The notes beneath the pieces are model-generated. The model saw only the letters and a list, made by a program, of their open reading frames with translations. It had not been told where the DNA came from and made no database searches. The position numbers were made by a program, and so were the translations under genes. Positions 8,431 to 18,165 of a DNA stretch of 64,000 bases are shown here, piece after piece. How positions within the stretch are numbered: the stretch's first letter is position 1; every line of letters begins with the position of its first letter. The stretch lies in the IMG/VR virus record IMGVR_UViG_3300023184_000105, positions 3,926 through 67,925 of that record. One strand, written 5' to 3'. The stretch is from a virus.

Positions 8431-9486
8431 TTATGCTTCCTCTGTTTCTACTGCCTCTACAGGAACATTAATTTCTTCCCACTCGGCCATAATTACGGTC
8501 AAACCGTCCTTGTCATTACTATTCCATGCTTTGCGGAATTGCTTGATAATTTCGCCATCTTTGGTTGTATAAACAAGACTGTTGCCTTCTTTCTTCAACT
8601 TGCTTTTGGCTTCAAACAAATCAACTAAACCACTAAATGGACTCATACCTGTCGAGTACGGAATCTCAACTTGTACTGATTCAAAAGGTTTGGAATAGCG
8701 TGTTTTCATAATCTTACAGGCTGAACGAATACCATTTACAGTGGTAGTTTTATTACCATCTTCGTCGGTTTTCAGTTTCAATTTACGCATAGCAACTACA
8801 ATAGAACTAGCGTAGATAAATCCTTGACCACCTGAAATTTTATCATCTGGATCAAACATGTCCTGACTTGCGTATGTATGATTTGTACAAACCATACCAA
8901 CATTCCACGAGCCAAACATATTAACACAGTTACGAACTAATGAAGTTAGCGCCTTAGGCTTACGGCCCATGTCACCTTTCATTTCACCTGCTTCGAACTG
9001 ATTTACGTCAGTTGGAGTAAGCAACATACCCAAACTATCAATGACAAACAAAATCTTAGGACGACTTTCTTCGGGCATTAATTTGTATTCTTTCATGAAT
9101 TCTGATATGGTTTTTGCCACATCATCAATCATAGCCATATTGAGTTTAAGTAGTTTATCTTCACTGGTATTAACACCTAAATCCAACAACCACTTTTCAT
9201 CAAGAGCGTTTTCACTATCAACTAGGATAACAAAAATGCCTTGTTCTTGTGCGTGACGGATGATGTTTCCAGAGCAAATATAACTCTTTCCTGCACCACT
9301 TTCACCGGCAAATACTGTAACTTTACCAAGGGGGACCCCTTTAAAAAAGTCCCCAGAGATAAGATAGTTAAGAGCATAGTTACCAGTTGAGATCCAATCT
9401 GTTGGATCGTTAAAGCCAATACCAAGACCGTCAATAGACTTAGTAATCGACTTTCTAAACTTAGAAATATCAAATGCTTTTCCCAT
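8431..9486 (-). CDS. uvsX: UvsX RecA-like recombinase
   Basis: Walker A GESGAGKS, DSENALD, Walker B FVIDSLG, SGG..IYASS; GGAG ribosome-binding site upstream. Confidence 0.95.
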   Translation of the reverse strand: MGKAFDISKFRKSITKSIDGLGIGFNDPTDWISTGNYALNYLISGDFFKGVPLGKVTVFAGESGAGKSYICSGNIIRHAQEQGIFVILVDSENALDEKWLLDLGVNTSEDKLLKLNMAMIDDVAKTISEFMKEYKLMPEESRPKILFVIDSLGMLLTPTDVNQFEAGEMKGDMGRKPKALTSLVRNCVNMFGSWNVGMVCTNHTYASQDMFDPDDKISGGQGFIYASSIVVAMRKLKLKTDEDGNKTTTVNGIRSACKIMKTRYSKPFESVQVEIPYSTGMSPFSGLVDLFEAKSKLKKEGNSLVYTTKDGEIIKQFRKAWNSNDKDGLTVIMAEWEEINVPVEAVETEEA

Positions 9487-9496
9487 TTGTTACTCC

Positions 9497-10492
9497 TTAG
9501 TTTGCTGCTGCGTTACGATTACGAATCATTGCAATAATGTCTGCTGCACGTGATCCTGCTTCGTTCTTTGGCTCTTCTTGTGCAACCGCTTTAGCGGGTG
9601 TTGCTGCCGCAGGTTCAAAAGGGACGTCGTCTTCCTCAATTTTTGCTGCTGGTGCTGCCTTTGGTGCTGCTGTACTGGCGCTGCCGGTTGCTGAGCCACT
9701 ACCACCAAAACCTGCTGGCTTAAAGTATTGACCCCAACGATCGCCATCATATGCTTCACCATCAACTGATGCTGCAAACATTTCTGCGATAACTTTGAGT
9801 TCGACTTCACCTGGTTTCTTAGGTAGGAAAGCCTTCAAATCAAACAAACCATATTGCTTAATTGCTGCTTGTTCTGCTTCAGCAAGAGCACGTTCGCGAC
9901 GAGCCCAAGTTGATGTTGAATAGTCAGCATATCCACCTTTGCTTGTTTTAGCAATCTTGAAATCCAAGCCACGGACATAGTCAGTTGGCAATTCTTCGAT
10001 CTCAGCATCCATCAACGCATTCTTAACAATGTTAAAAATTTGTGATCCGATAATGAAACGACGGATTGGATTCTCAGGTAATTTTCCATCTTCTTGTAGT
10101 TTGCTGTCACCAACAAACCCTTGGAACAAGTAAGATTTCTTTTTCCAGTACTTACGACCCATATCTTCCAAACTCTTGTCTTTGAACCATGGACGGACTT
10201 CTGTCAATACCGGGCATGTTTCGCCCCACATTTCCATACAAGGAACTTGTACAGTAACGGGTTTAGAATTAGTTTCACCTTTAATTCCAGCGAAGGGCAA
10301 TTTGATCATTGCACGTTCAATCCAGAAGAATGTGTTGTTTGGATCAGCGTCTGGAAGGAATCGAACTGTAGTAGTCGAACCTTCTGGCATATTCCAATGG
10401 GGATAAATTGCGTTGTCTCCACCTGCTGAGCCACCGGTGTTTTGTTGAGAACTTGCTTGAAGTTTTGCTCTAATTTCTGCTAATGTTGCCAT
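9497..10492 (-). CDS. gp32: Single-stranded DNA-binding protein (gp32)
   Basis: TVRFLP, CMEMWGETCPV, RKYWKKKSY, DFKIAK...GGYADYSTS and an acidic/Ala-rich tail; adjacent to uvsX. Confidence 0.9.
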   Translation of the reverse strand: MATLAEIRAKLQASSQQNTGGSAGGDNAIYPHWNMPEGSTTTVRFLPDADPNNTFFWIERAMIKLPFAGIKGETNSKPVTVQVPCMEMWGETCPVLTEVRPWFKDKSLEDMGRKYWKKKSYLFQGFVGDSKLQEDGKLPENPIRRFIIGSQIFNIVKNALMDAEIEELPTDYVRGLDFKIAKTSKGGYADYSTSTWARRERALAEAEQAAIKQYGLFDLKAFLPKKPGEVELKVIAEMFAASVDGEAYDGDRWGQYFKPAGFGGSGSATGSASTAAPKAAPAAKIEEDDVPFEPAAATPAKAVAQEEPKNEAGSRAADIIAMIRNRNAAAN

Positions 10493-10545
10493 AATGTTTT
10501 GCCTTTATAAAATATATTATGCCGCTTTCTTAAAGCCAACTGACT

Positions 10546-10585
10546 AAAAGAAAAACTGTGCATAGCGTTAACTATACACAGTTTT
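10546..10585 (-). terminator. Long hairpin plus U-tract in the gp32 upstream region
   Basis: Minus strand AAAACTGTGTATAG-TTAACG-CTATGCACAGTTTT followed by TCTTTT. Confidence 0.6.
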
Positions 10586-10624
10586 ATTTATCATCGCAAC
10601 CTTAATGGCTGCTTATTTTGCCAA

Positions 10625-12892
10625 TTATTTTTTTCTAATGCCTGCTAATCTTTGTAATAGTTTTGAGCCTGCGTCATGTGCCCTATCTGTTGCTGCTTGA
10701 ATTGGATCCACCTTCCAATCTAATGGGGGTGGATTACCTTTTGGATTTTCCTTGCTTGGTTTGCTGTCCATACCATGTGTTCTAAAATCTTGCTTAGAGC
10801 CTTCGTCTTGTGGTTCATCACGTTTAACACCAGCAGCATCTAAATATGCTGCGCGGTCAGCATAACTGTCACGATGAACATTTTTATTATGTGGTTCAAG
10901 TTCTTTTTGTTTTTGTGGATCTGTTACATGTTTTGATGGATGCCAGTCGTCTTTTTCTTCCATTTCTGGTTGTCCAATGCCTTCTACTTTTTGTTTGATT
11001 CTGCCTAGGATTTCTTTTAAACCATCGACACTTAAACCATCACCCTGATCTACAGGAGTACTCTTTACATGTCCATGTTTTTGGTGCCATTCTTGTGTTA
11101 GTTTATTAATAAATGCCTCTGCCATTTCATATGCTTGTTCGCCTGCTTTTTCACCAAACTTTTCAGTAACTTGCTTTTTGCAATCCAATGCAATGTTCTC
11201 TGGAGCACGGAATGGTCCAACACTTTCGTTAGATTGATTGTAAAAACTCTTAACAATCTTGGCAACTTCTTGAACCATTTTGTTACCTTTTCCTTCTGCT
11301 ACCGGAACTTCAGGTGCAGGAGGTGCTGCTGGCGCTGCGCCTGCCTCAGGTGCCGGGGGTGCTGCCTCGGATGGAGGCTCTTCACCAGTACCACTCATGC
11401 CCAATGCTACTAGTAATTCTGGATAACTTTCTTGAGCCCATAATTTCATAATTTCAAGGCCGTCGCCGGATGGATCTAGTTGAGTTGCTGCTTCAAGTTT
11501 TTCTTCAAGATCACCATCGTCTAGTCCTAACTCACTAAAAAATTGTATCGCTGTTTGGCCGTCTGGACCTAGTTCTAGTTTTTGTCCCGATGCTTGTAAA
11601 TCACTTAACGCTTGTTTTAATTCTAGTATTTGATCGCCTGTAAGTTTGCCCTGTTCTACTGATTCTGCCCATTCTTCAAATGCATCAATACTTTCTGCTG
11701 CTGATTTTTCTTTTGGAATTGCTTGTCTTGCTAAATGTCTTGCTCTAGAGTGACCGCCGTGTTCTGCACCATCGGATCCTGTAGTATTTGTAGGTTCATC
11801 TTTATCTTTTTCACGGGCAGCGGCTTCCTCGTCTGATTCCCAAGGTGCTGCCGCTTCTCCAACATATTCTTCAAGATCAACAGCATTAGTCTCACTCATA
11901 ATACTATGTAGTAATGGGAAGTAACCGGTTAGTTCTTCCTGGAAATTTATTTCTGTAAATTTACTTTTATAATCTTCTAATGTTACTGCATCTAGCACCA
12001 TTTCTTCTGGTGCACCACCACCTTGGCTTGCCATTTCAAAATCTTCTCTCCATGCTTCGTAGTGGTGTCGTTTTCCTAATGCTGCTACCTTTGCTTTAAG
12101 TTCGTTCATGTGGCCTATGGCTCGTTCCGCAATCCCATGTGCATCGGCGTGCAAGGCACTACGTTGTATGTGTCGTTGGAATTCGCCTAACTTTGCAATA
12201 TTCTCACTCATTTTAATAATTGCTTTGCCTGCTGGATCATGTGGAACACCACCATGATCTACGTGTTGTGCCATTGCAAACGCACCTGCTGTATGTATAA
12301 ATGGATACTTGAAACGTTCGCCATCGTGGTTTTGTATAAAGATTGCCTTGATGTTTTTGCTTTGGCTACGTGCGCCTGGATATGTTTCTTCTACTGCTTT
12401 TGCGTGACGTACAATAACTTCTGTTTTGCCTTGTACAGCACGGCTGGTTTTGCTGGAACTCTTGTGGTTCCAACGTGATTCGTTCATAGTATTCATATCT
12501 GGTTCTTCCTTAGGGCCTTGAGTTGCGGCCAAATGTTGAAAATCGTTCTTATCTAAATTATTCTTAGCAATGTCTCTTGTGTCAAATCTCAGCAATCTAC
12601 GCATAGAAAATAGTCTCATTTCTTTAAGGAAATTAAACCACATTTGGGTAGCACGATCGTCTTGATTTTCTGTAATACCTTGGCTGTAATAGATTTTTAA
12701 ACTGCCAAGATCGTTTAAACTAATGCTAACACGACCAAGATTAACACCTTCATTAACAAAGTCAAAATCAAAGAAACGTGCTTCTGCTGGGTCAATAGTA
12801 ACTGCACCTGTTTCGTCTCCCATTTCTAAATTGGTAAAACGACTGCGTACTTTGTCAAAAAGGTCTTGGGCGATAATTTGTATAGGTTTCAT
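10625..12892 (-). CDS. Large acidic hypothetical protein, probable prohead/internal head protein
   Basis: 755 aa with a late promoter upstream, many possible gp21-type x-x-E sites and C-terminal LQRLAGIRKK shared in pattern with the scaffold. Confidence 0.6.
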   Translation of the reverse strand: MKPIQIIAQDLFDKVRSRFTNLEMGDETGAVTIDPAEARFFDFDFVNEGVNLGRVSISLNDLGSLKIYYSQGITENQDDRATQMWFNFLKEMRLFSMRRLLRFDTRDIAKNNLDKNDFQHLAATQGPKEEPDMNTMNESRWNHKSSSKTSRAVQGKTEVIVRHAKAVEETYPGARSQSKNIKAIFIQNHDGERFKYPFIHTAGAFAMAQHVDHGGVPHDPAGKAIIKMSENIAKLGEFQRHIQRSALHADAHGIAERAIGHMNELKAKVAALGKRHHYEAWREDFEMASQGGGAPEEMVLDAVTLEDYKSKFTEINFQEELTGYFPLLHSIMSETNAVDLEEYVGEAAAPWESDEEAAAREKDKDEPTNTTGSDGAEHGGHSRARHLARQAIPKEKSAAESIDAFEEWAESVEQGKLTGDQILELKQALSDLQASGQKLELGPDGQTAIQFFSELGLDDGDLEEKLEAATQLDPSGDGLEIMKLWAQESYPELLVALGMSGTGEEPPSEAAPPAPEAGAAPAAPPAPEVPVAEGKGNKMVQEVAKIVKSFYNQSNESVGPFRAPENIALDCKKQVTEKFGEKAGEQAYEMAEAFINKLTQEWHQKHGHVKSTPVDQGDGLSVDGLKEILGRIKQKVEGIGQPEMEEKDDWHPSKHVTDPQKQKELEPHNKNVHRDSYADRAAYLDAAGVKRDEPQDEGSKQDFRTHGMDSKPSKENPKGNPPPLDWKVDPIQAATDRAHDAGSKLLQRLAGIRKK

Positions 12893-12897
12893 ATTGT

Positions 12898-12903
12898 TAT
12901 TTA
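12898..12903 (-). promoter_or_regulatory. T4-type late promoter core TAAATA, 5 nt before ATG
   Basis: Minus strand TAAATAAATA-ACAAT-ATG. Confidence 0.65.
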
Positions 12904-12904
12904 T

Positions 12905-14491
12905 TTAATGCTGACTAATATATATGGGCATGGGCATGAGAAATTCATCATCTCTTTCTTCACGCATACGGTCATATATAGCAGGATCCCATTCTTGTAG
13001 CACTAAAATCATACGTATTGCCAATAACATACTGCTAACAAGGTCATCATGATGTCCTACTTTGGCTTCAAAACTCATGCCTTTAGCAATGTAAGTTTTT
13101 AATTCACTGATAAATGCTTTAGAATGTATGCGTAATCTATCACTTTCTAATAGGTATTTTAACTTGGCACAAGCATTAATTTTACTAGAATGTGTGGTGT
13201 TAAATCCCTTACGGAATCTGCGTACATGTCCTTTCTTAATAGGCTCACTGAGGAATAATCCCGGGACGCTTTCTTCGCCTATTTCTTCAAGTGCTACCAG
13301 TGCTGCTTCACCTACACTATTATTTTCTATGCTGTAATAGATACTAGATTGCACACCTTTTGCTGCACATTCATCATTGATATAGTTACAAATATCTCTA
13401 AGAATTCTGACTTGTGATTGTACAATTGTTAAATTATGCTGCCACTCACCTACTTGTTCAAAACTAGGTATTTCAACTATCTGAATTGCAGCAGGGTCAC
13501 CGCCCGTACCTAGACTAGGATCTAATGCTATCATATAGGTACTCATTGGATTTATTTTTTTATACCAACGACATTGACCCATACGCATACTAGGTTCATC
13601 TCCCACCATCTCAGCCATTTTCATACTGCTGACCAGTGTTTCGTCATAGACTAAGAATTCACAATCGTGTTCTCGTTTAAATCGTTCTTCGCCAATACGA
13701 CTACGTTCAGTTGCTGCCCATTCTTCGTCACGGTCTGGATGCTCATGCCAAAATGCTCTAAATGGAAAGAATCCGTTACGTCCTACCCGTTGTTCTTCAC
13801 CAAACTCGTCAAACTTATAGTTGGCTTCTTTCCATATCTGTGCAAATTGATCTTCGTCTGAGTTAGGTGTTGATGTAATAATTGCCTTACCACCAGTTGC
13901 TAGTGTGGGTGATATTGAAGTCCAGAATTCACTAGCCACGTTAGGCGGAACGAATGCAAACTCATCAGCGTATAGTAATGATAATGACATACCACGACCT
14001 GTTGTTTCAGTAGTTGTCTGTGCAACAATACGTGATCCATTTTCAAATTCAATACTTTGTTTATTATAACTTGTAGCACCTGCACGAATCATATCAGGAC
14101 ATAATTCATATGCATATCTAATACGATTCATAATTTCTTGAGCACCTGTATATTTGTGTGCTGCAATTAGGATAGTAGAGTCAGGCACAAACATAGCAAA
14201 CCAGAGTAGATATCCTGCTGCTGTAGTAGTTTTACCGGTTTGGCGTGGAAGTAGATTTACGTTAAATCTATTTTGATGATAACTATCAATTAATCTTTTT
14301 TGATATTCAAAAGGTTCGTATAGTAACTTACCTTTAGTAGGATGTTGAATATAGAAAAAATGCTCTAAGAAGTAGTGTGGTCCGTCGATTGGATCTTGAC
14401 AAGAGGCAAGGTCTAATAAATCTTGCTCTGTAAATTTTTGTGTTGCGTGGGCTCTTTTTACCAGTTGCCCATCTAAGTTTTTTGATCCCAT
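12905..14491 (-). CDS. gp17: Terminase large subunit
   Basis: PRQTGKT Walker A, LLYADE Walker B, ITSTPN, nuclease ALDPSLGTGGD and HHDDLV. Confidence 0.96.
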   Translation of the reverse strand: MGSKNLDGQLVKRAHATQKFTEQDLLDLASCQDPIDGPHYFLEHFFYIQHPTKGKLLYEPFEYQKRLIDSYHQNRFNVNLLPRQTGKTTTAAGYLLWFAMFVPDSTILIAAHKYTGAQEIMNRIRYAYELCPDMIRAGATSYNKQSIEFENGSRIVAQTTTETTGRGMSLSLLYADEFAFVPPNVASEFWTSISPTLATGGKAIITSTPNSDEDQFAQIWKEANYKFDEFGEEQRVGRNGFFPFRAFWHEHPDRDEEWAATERSRIGEERFKREHDCEFLVYDETLVSSMKMAEMVGDEPSMRMGQCRWYKKINPMSTYMIALDPSLGTGGDPAAIQIVEIPSFEQVGEWQHNLTIVQSQVRILRDICNYINDECAAKGVQSSIYYSIENNSVGEAALVALEEIGEESVPGLFLSEPIKKGHVRRFRKGFNTTHSSKINACAKLKYLLESDRLRIHSKAFISELKTYIAKGMSFEAKVGHHDDLVSSMLLAIRMILVLQEWDPAIYDRMREERDDEFLMPMPIYISQH

Positions 14492-14496
14492 ATGTT

Positions 14497-14502
14497 TATT
14501 TA
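14497..14502 (-). promoter_or_regulatory. Late promoter TAAATA, 5 nt before the terminase ATG
   Basis: Minus strand GTAAATA-AACAT-ATG, immediately after a terminator. Confidence 0.65.
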
Positions 14503-14505
14503 CTG

Positions 14506-14533
14506 AAAAAAATAGCCTCCGTAGAGGCTATTT
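14506..14533 (-). terminator. Intrinsic terminator
   Basis: Minus strand AAATAGCCTC-TACG-GAGGCTATTT followed by TTTT. Confidence 0.85.
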
Positions 14534-14551
14534 GGATTACATCCTAACGTC

Positions 14552-15361
14552 TTATTTTGCTGCGTTTTTCCACATAGCAGCGGCAGCAATCTTCTTACCT
14601 TTTTCACCGCCACCAGCAGCCTTGGCTACTTTGTCAAAACTCTTACCTGGCTTACCAATGTCTCCACCTGATTTGGCTTTCTTAACCAAACTAGATTTTT
14701 CGCCTTTGCTCATACCAGCACTCGGTTTGCTTTCTGATACAAAATCTTTGTATGCAGCCATCAATTGTTGTTCCATTGTGGCCTTAGGCATATTGCCATC
14801 CATTCTATCACCTTGACCAGGTTGATTTTCTTTATTAGCAAACTGGTTAGCACTGAACGGAGGAGGCTTACGTGGATCACTAGGACTATTGTCATATTGA
14901 CCTTCGTCTGTTTCTTCTTCATCTTTTTCTGCTTTGTGATCATCCATGTCATGATCGCCGTCATTATCAATGTCGCCGTGTGCTGCGCTAACATCATCAC
15001 CGCCCTGGTCATCGCCGTCCATTGGATTTAATTTATCCATCATCGAACGCATTGCATCTCCACCGGTCATTTCTGGTTCGGCAGTTAATGCTATTGCTGG
15101 TTCAGCACCCATTGGCTCTTCAGCACCTGGTGCTTTTCTTCCTGCTAGTTGCATAATAGTTGCCAGCATGTCGCTTAGTTCGTCACCACTACCTGCTGTC
15201 ATATTAATGCTTGCTGGCATTGGAGGACGCTCGGGCATACCGCCCATCATGCCCATCTCGGGCATAATACCACATTCTTCTACTTGTTGATTTTCTTTAA
15301 CAATAGTAGGATTTTTGCTATCCAATTCGGCTAAACGCTTCATTACATCGATCATTTGCAT
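14552..15361 (-). CDS. Low-complexity probable internal head protein
   Basis: 269 aa, Met/Gly/Asp rich, contains IMQLAGRK and a basic C-terminal module (KKIAAAAMWKN). Confidence 0.55.
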   Translation of the reverse strand: MQMIDVMKRLAELDSKNPTIVKENQQVEECGIMPEMGMMGGMPERPPMPASINMTAGSGDELSDMLATIMQLAGRKAPGAEEPMGAEPAIALTAEPEMTGGDAMRSMMDKLNPMDGDDQGGDDVSAAHGDIDNDGDHDMDDHKAEKDEEETDEGQYDNSPSDPRKPPPFSANQFANKENQPGQGDRMDGNMPKATMEQQLMAAYKDFVSESKPSAGMSKGEKSSLVKKAKSGGDIGKPGKSFDKVAKAAGGGEKGKKIAAAAMWKNAAK

Positions 15362-15363
15362 AA

Positions 15364-15954
15364 TTATTTCCTTAGGTCTTGAGCCTGAAATTTTAATAGG
15401 CTCTGTTGCGTGTCATCGGTGTCAGTATTGAATTTAGCTGCACCTTCAGTGGGAATTTCTTCTCCACGGGCTTTGCGTTGAAGTTTAAGAATATCATTTA
15501 ATTCTTTAACAAAACCGCTATTGTACTTATCGCCGTAGAAGTCTTCAAATTGAGGACTACCTGCTTCTTTATAATCTGGATCATTTAATAATGCTCCTTC
15601 ACGCTTAGGATCATTATGTTGATATTCTTCAGTATGTTCAAATGGGCTACGTACTACAAGATGACTCTTGTTTACACCCAATGATGAACTCAGGTATTCT
15701 GTTAGTTCTTGTTGTGTTGTAGGGTAATCTAACACCACTTCATAGATATTCACTTCACAGTTTTTAACTTGAGGAAAGTCTAATGGTAATGTTTGAATGG
15801 GAGTAGTACCGGTCTTTTTAAAGCCGCTAACTGCAAACTTACTCAACAATGATTTCATTGAAGATTCTTGCTCAGTTGTAAACTCCCCGGCAACTTTCAC
15901 ACGGAAGTCATACTTTTTAGTTGACTCGGATAGGTATTGAGTAAATGTTTTCAT
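15364..15954 (-). CDS. Head-associated protein with T4-like capsid targeting sequence
   Basis: N-terminus MKTFTQYLSE resembles the T4 internal-protein CTS MKTYQEFIAE; TAAATA at 15965-15960 lies 5 nt upstream. Confidence 0.6.
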   Translation of the reverse strand: MKTFTQYLSESTKKYDFRVKVAGEFTTEQESSMKSLLSKFAVSGFKKTGTTPIQTLPLDFPQVKNCEVNIYEVVLDYPTTQQELTEYLSSSLGVNKSHLVVRSPFEHTEEYQHNDPKREGALLNDPDYKEAGSPQFEDFYGDKYNSGFVKELNDILKLQRKARGEEIPTEGAAKFNTDTDDTQQSLLKFQAQDLRK

Positions 15955-15958
15955 AGTA

Positions 15959-16441
15959 TTATTTATTCATATTCTTAAGTTTTTCCAGGATACTATTACG
16001 GTCTGTAACAATATAGCCTTCGCCTTCTATGGTGTCACCGTTCTTATCACCATTCTTTTTATCAATTGCTAGTTTCTTAATCTGTAGATCAATCATCTTG
16101 AGTTTTTTGTCTATTTTATTAGACTTAGCGGTAATTGCCGCATTAAGCATATTAGCAGCAACTTCAAACATTTTAGCACCGTGACGTGCTTCTACGTTCA
16201 TACCTAAGTCCATTAGATCATCATATGCTGCTTCTGCTTTTGCTGCAAGTGCATCAAACTCTGAATCACTAATATCGCCAAGACCTTTTACTTGCGGTAA
16301 TGCGGCTGCAATTTTGTCAAATTCTTCTAATTTATCTTGTAAATTAATAGCAGTTACCGGTTCAGCATCTACGCTAGTTGGAACTATTATAGGTTCTTCA
16401 GCGGAATCAATGTTAAGAAGATCTTCGAGTTTTTTAGTCAT
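15959..16441 (-). CDS. Terminase small subunit (gp16-like)
   Basis: Helical 160 aa with AYDDLMDLGMNVEARHGAKMFEVAANML (gp16-like) and TDRNSIL; upstream of gp17. Confidence 0.7.
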   Translation of the reverse strand: MTKKLEDLLNIDSAEEPIIVPTSVDAEPVTAINLQDKLEEFDKIAAALPQVKGLGDISDSEFDALAAKAEAAYDDLMDLGMNVEARHGAKMFEVAANMLNAAITAKSNKIDKKLKMIDLQIKKLAIDKKNGDKNGDTIEGEGYIVTDRNSILEKLKNMNK

Positions 16442-16449
16442 AACATTAC

Positions 16450-16893
16450 TTATTTCATTTTTTTAGTGTTGGAAAAAATATCGTGTTCGTTGATAACTCT
16501 AAACTTTAATCCCTGCTGTTGAGCCCATTTATTTGCTGCTGCCCATTTAGCCATATTCTTTACGTACTGTGCTTGATTGTAAGGGTTTTTTCCTACTTTT
16601 TCTATCAGCATTTGATTAGCAGGTTTAATCTCTATAAGTTCAGCATGTTTTTTCATATTCTTATCAATGTAATGAATTAAAAAATCAGGAACATACACTG
16701 TTGGCTTGCCTGTTAGTGGATCCCTGTAGGGTATTTTTACAGGTTCACTTGCCCAATTTTGTATACTAGGGTTGTTATCGCAAAACATACAAAAAGTTGT
16801 TTCCCAACTACTACGACAATAGGGAGGTTTAGTTCCAACATATTTTTCAGGATTTTTTACCTGATAGATACTTTGGGCAAATTTTAAACTCAT
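16450..16893 (-). CDS. Head completion protein (T4 gp4, TnsA-like nuclease fold)
   Basis: KNPEKYVG...CRSSWE...WASEPVKIPY...YVPDF...IEIKP...NMAKWAAA. Likely start MSLKFAQ overlaps the upstream stop; the ORF track extends to 16914. Confidence 0.88.
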   Translation of the reverse strand: MSLKFAQSIYQVKNPEKYVGTKPPYCRSSWETTFCMFCDNNPSIQNWASEPVKIPYRDPLTGKPTVYVPDFLIHYIDKNMKKHAELIEIKPANQMLIEKVGKNPYNQAQYVKNMAKWAAANKWAQQQGLKFRVINEHDIFSNTKKMK

Positions 16894-18164
16894 AGTGTTT
16901 TTGTTCGCGGCCAAACTTGTCCAGAGACAGGTCTTTTATCAAATTTATGATTAGGGAATACACTTCCGGATGTTAGACGTAATCCGTTTTTCATATATTG
17001 AAAAACTTTGTTACCCACTGGGGGTCCTAATCCAGTAACCGCATCCCAATTTGTAGTACCAGCATATCCATCAGTTATTAGTGTGTTGTTGGTACCAACA
17101 ATAATATCGTAAAATGAACCTTTGTGATTGTAAAATAATGCATTGTATTCAGCAGACGATCGTTGCTTTCCTGTTATTGCTTGTATCCTTGCGATCATAC
17201 CGGCCATAACTGGTGCTGATGCACTTGTTCCTGTCATGGAATACCAAGTGCTATCCATGCGTACTAAATAACCATTCATAGGAGCAGATATATCAGGAAC
17301 CCCTCTCATAGTTAATGCTGTTGGACTACCTGTCACATTATTAATAATTGGTGTATAATATAAACCAGATTGCCAACTAGGTGCAGAAAAATGACCACTC
17401 ACGCCACCACCTCCACCCCAGGTAGAATTATTATCTCTATTATCATCAGTTTCAGATGATCGTGTTAATTGATCAACATTTAAAATAAGTTTTGTTCCAC
17501 CTACTGAAATAACTTGAGGACTACCTCCAGGATATGCTACTCGTGCAACTGTTTCACTTCCAAATGTTGAACCAGAGTCACCGGATGATATACAGACTGC
17601 CATCTTAGCATTAGTTGCTGGTGTTAATAATAAAGATTCAAAATAATCTAAGTTGGCGCCGCTAAGAGTTGCTTCGCCCGACGGATATCCATAACTTATA
17701 CTGATAATATGACAGCCATCAGATGTTGCTCGTTGAATGGTGCTTACAAAATTAGCCCCAAAATATATGGTAATATTTGCGGCCGGCACCATTGTGGCAA
17801 TACAATATATATCAAGTATATTTTCACCATTAGCATTATTAGGATCATCTGAAAATAATCCACTTTTGCCATCTAATAAAACTGTGTTAATTGTAGGTGA
17901 AGTAGTGCCTACAGGAAGCAGTCCGTTTGACACCATGTCATTAATCATAAAATCAAGATCGCCTTGTAAAAAGCCGCCGCCTAAAGGAGCAATAATTCCA
18001 ATTTTAACTCCGGCTCCGTCATGGTAAGGCAAATTATAAGCCGATGCAACCTGTGGCGGAGTGAGGTATCCGGAACTTGGATATGCTAATGCTGTGATGT
18101 CGTCGGATAATTTTAATATTTCTAAATTAGCGGAAACGACAGGAGTATCATGTATTTCAGACAT
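16890..18164 (-). CDS. Sedolisin/kumamolisin-family (S53) serine protease, no prodomain
   Basis: E-x3-D (GENILD), ISISYG, oxyanion SSGDSG, YPGGSPQVISVGGT, RGVPDIS, catalytic GTSASAP and Ca-site WDAVTGLG. Confidence 0.9.
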   Translation of the reverse strand: MSEIHDTPVVSANLEILKLSDDITALAYPSSGYLTPPQVASAYNLPYHDGAGVKIGIIAPLGGGFLQGDLDFMINDMVSNGLLPVGTTSPTINTVLLDGKSGLFSDDPNNANGENILDIYCIATMVPAANITIYFGANFVSTIQRATSDGCHIISISYGYPSGEATLSGANLDYFESLLLTPATNAKMAVCISSGDSGSTFGSETVARVAYPGGSPQVISVGGTKLILNVDQLTRSSETDDNRDNNSTWGGGGGVSGHFSAPSWQSGLYYTPIINNVTGSPTALTMRGVPDISAPMNGYLVRMDSTWYSMTGTSASAPVMAGMIARIQAITGKQRSSAEYNALFYNHKGSFYDIIVGTNNTLITDGYAGTTNWDAVTGLGPPVGNKVFQYMKNGLRLTSGSVFPNHKFDKRPVSGQVWPRTKTL

Positions 18165-18165
18165 G

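Noticed and set aside
12905-14491. Intein or intron in terminase (also checked UvsW, UvsX, portal and capsid)
   Set aside because: Lengths are normal and motifs are contiguous; no splicing motifs or LAGLIDADG insertions seen.
16450-16914. TnsA-like endonuclease as evidence of a Tn7 transposon
   Set aside because: The T4 gp4 head completion protein has this fold, and no other transposition genes or ends are present.
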